From an uncultured delta proteobacterium (GTDB lineage Bacteria; Desulfobacterota; BSN033; UBA1163), in the NCBI GenBank assembly GCA_963708295.1, contig CAVPSJ010000017.1, positions 224,001 to 288,000 on the forward strand: a stretch of DNA of 64,000 nucleotides. Direction: 5' to 3'. The notes under the pieces were generated by a model, which was not told the origin of the DNA, searched no databases, and worked only from the letters and a program-made list of their open reading frames with translations. The translations under genes were made by a program, and so were the position numbers. Shown piece after piece: positions 61,931 through 64,000 of this stretch. Position 1 is the stretch's first letter. Every line of letters begins with the position of its first letter.

Positions 61931-63679
61931 TCACTTGATTGGGGACCTATAGCGAGAGGTATCCCAAAATGGTTGTATTTCCTTTGCCCGGGGTTCCGCC
62001 TTCAGGGCCATTTCAATGTCTTCTTCGGTAAGCTCCTTACTGGACATCTCTATCTTAAGGTTGTTGAAATCTGCATCCAGCAGGATGGTTTTCGGGGAGC
62101 TTTCGACATTGGACCACGGTTTCCATTCAGGCAGACCAGAACCCTCACGGTTGGGATTGCTCGTCTTAGCAAATTGGGCCCAATAGCCCATCATCGCATT
62201 TGACAGGGCGACTCGGCCGGGGCGATTTTTTTCATCAAAGGCGACCCCGCCAAGGGATACGGCTTCCGTTCCGAAGACGAAATCGATCTCCATGGCGTGG
62301 CAGGCGCCCATCAACAGATTAAAGGGCGAAGGCATCACACTTTTCTTCATCCCCCCGGCTCCCCACAAGAATTGGTAGGCGTAGATGGGGGGCTGGTCAG
62401 TATTCGATCTCAGGATTCTTGCCAACTGGTCCACTGCCATTACCTTCCAGCCGTCGCTCTGATATCGGGCGACCAGGTCGTACAGCTCGGTCTTGGCTGG
62501 ATCCTTAAACAGGGAACCGTCGTTTCGCCAGGGGGTGAATCTCGGATTAAAATTGAGAAATAGTTTCGCCTCCTCTTTGTTCGTTCCCAAGATGATCGGT
62601 ACTTTGTTGTAGCTTCCAGCCTTCAAGGTACCGTAGAAATCAACAGGGAGCACCGTACCGTCGCCGAAACAGTTGGGAAACATGATCATCCCCATCAGCT
62701 TGCCTTCGGGGTACACTTCCAGGAAGTCCTGGGCACTTTTCAACCTTAAGTATTTTTCTATTTCTTTCCCGGACATACTCTGCAGCTTGGCCAGGGCCGT
62801 TTTTTCGTCCGGGGCGCCCCCGTCTTTCACAAGTAGTTTCTCGATGACCCCATCCGCATGTCCCGCGCCCTGAGCGGGCGTCGGCCATCCAGCAACCCCG
62901 CTTTCAGAAATGGCCCGCTGAAAAAGATTTTTCGCCAGAGGCGAAGCGATAAGGGAAATGACGTTTCTCGCTCCTGCCGACTCCCCCACGATCGTTACAT
63001 TCTCGGGATCGCCACCGAAACCTTTAATATTGGCCTTCACCCAGTAAAGAGCCTGAATCAGATCCAAGATCGCAAAATTTCCTGAATCGCTTGTCTCGTC
63101 ACCCTTCTTCCCTGTTCGAAGGGCTGGATGACTGAAGAAGCCCATCGGTCCCAAGCGATAACTGACCGTAACGATGACCATGTTGGATTTGTTGGCGAGG
63201 GCGGCCGTATCCGTATAGGAGAGCAGAGGCCACTGGATGCTGTTTCCGCCGCCGTGGATCCAAAAATAAACCGGCAGATTGGCCGCCCTGGTCTTTGGAC
63301 GCCAGATATTCAGATACAGGCAGTCTTCATTACCCTGGATAACCGCCGGCGTGGCTGGATTACTATCATGGTCAGTATACTGGGGACATATCTCACAAAA
63401 ACTGACGGTCTTCAAAGGCGTCGAACGTTTTTCGGGTACTTCGGGAGCCTTCCAGCGGAGATCGCCGACAGGGGGCTTAGCATAGGGAATCCCTTTCCAG
63501 GACAGGGTATTGGTGGCTCTGTGTTCCGCGCCTATGACGACTCCCTCCGTGGTCTCCTGATCCGGCCGCATTGAATAAACAGCCTTCTCCTGTGCGATCG
63601 AGGTGATCACACCCAAAGCAAAGATTAGGGGGAGATTGATGAGTATTATAATTAATCTTCTGGATTTAAGTAGTTGCAT
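61931..63679 (-). CDS. Type B carboxylesterase, exported
   Basis: GIPYAKPPVGDLRW, EDCLYLNIW, WIHGGG, GESAG, HAMEI. Confidence 0.94.
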   Translation of the reverse strand: MQLLKSRRLIIILINLPLIFALGVITSIAQEKAVYSMRPDQETTEGVVIGAEHRATNTLSWKGIPYAKPPVGDLRWKAPEVPEKRSTPLKTVSFCEICPQYTDHDSNPATPAVIQGNEDCLYLNIWRPKTRAANLPVYFWIHGGGNSIQWPLLSYTDTAALANKSNMVIVTVSYRLGPMGFFSHPALRTGKKGDETSDSGNFAILDLIQALYWVKANIKGFGGDPENVTIVGESAGARNVISLIASPLAKNLFQRAISESGVAGWPTPAQGAGHADGVIEKLLVKDGGAPDEKTALAKLQSMSGKEIEKYLRLKSAQDFLEVYPEGKLMGMIMFPNCFGDGTVLPVDFYGTLKAGSYNKVPIILGTNKEEAKLFLNFNPRFTPWRNDGSLFKDPAKTELYDLVARYQSDGWKVMAVDQLARILRSNTDQPPIYAYQFLWGAGGMKKSVMPSPFNLLMGACHAMEIDFVFGTEAVSLGGVAFDEKNRPGRVALSNAMMGYWAQFAKTSNPNREGSGLPEWKPWSNVESSPKTILLDADFNNLKIEMSSKELTEEDIEMALKAEPRAKEIQPFWDTSRYRSPIK

Positions 63680-63769
63680 GGTTTTACCCTCCGTTCTTTT
63701 AAAGGCTGGCCCGCATTTTTACCCACCCTCTTATTTTCAATCTCGAAATAGCGGTTATTTTTCTATTTA

Positions 63770-63784
63770 TGAATGACTCATTCA
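63770..63784. promoter_or_regulatory. Perfect palindromic operator upstream of the carboxylesterase
   Basis: TGAATGA-C-TCATTCA. Confidence 0.6.
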
Positions 63785-64000
63785 AAGAAGGGGCCTCCGA
63801 GGGGATACAACTATCGCGCGGAGGCCTCTTGTACGGGCATCTTTTGGGAACTCCTTCTCATACGACACTCCAGAAGGTTGGAGGTTAAGTTGTAAGGTTA
63901 ATTAGGTCCAGGTGGGCAATACTATAAATAGAACGTACTCTCATGTGCACAGACAGTCAAGGGGAAAATTCCATTCATAATTTACCCCGTATTGCTGATT

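Overview
Accessory-rich window from an anaerobic, probably Desulfobacterota/Syntrophales-like bacterium (inferred from gene content). The sequence has many single-base frameshifts, several at homopolymers, so some broken genes may be assembly errors. 1-5.3 kb: Sec-containing MvhD/BamF-like gene, membrane FeS oxidoreductase, etfBA. 7.5-14.2 kb: exported rhodanese / UGSC-type selenoprotein / MauE-DoxX cluster, followed by an ORF-less class C group II intron. 15-29 kb: mixed metabolic genes (cmoA-ICMT-aroA, tandem octaheme cytochromes, ParA-CBM48). 30-38.6 kb: corrinoid methyltransferase island between two ~480 bp direct repeats. 41.6-61.7 kb: about 14 co-oriented ~195 bp repeats, most with a sigma70-like promoter (TTGACC-N17-TATATT) and a ~120 nt leader, separating 1-3 kb blocks of unrelated cargo genes. 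This array is the best candidate for an undescribed gene-cassette system. Five in-frame UGA codons missed by the ORF track have Cys-type motif context and downstream SECIS-like hairpins.
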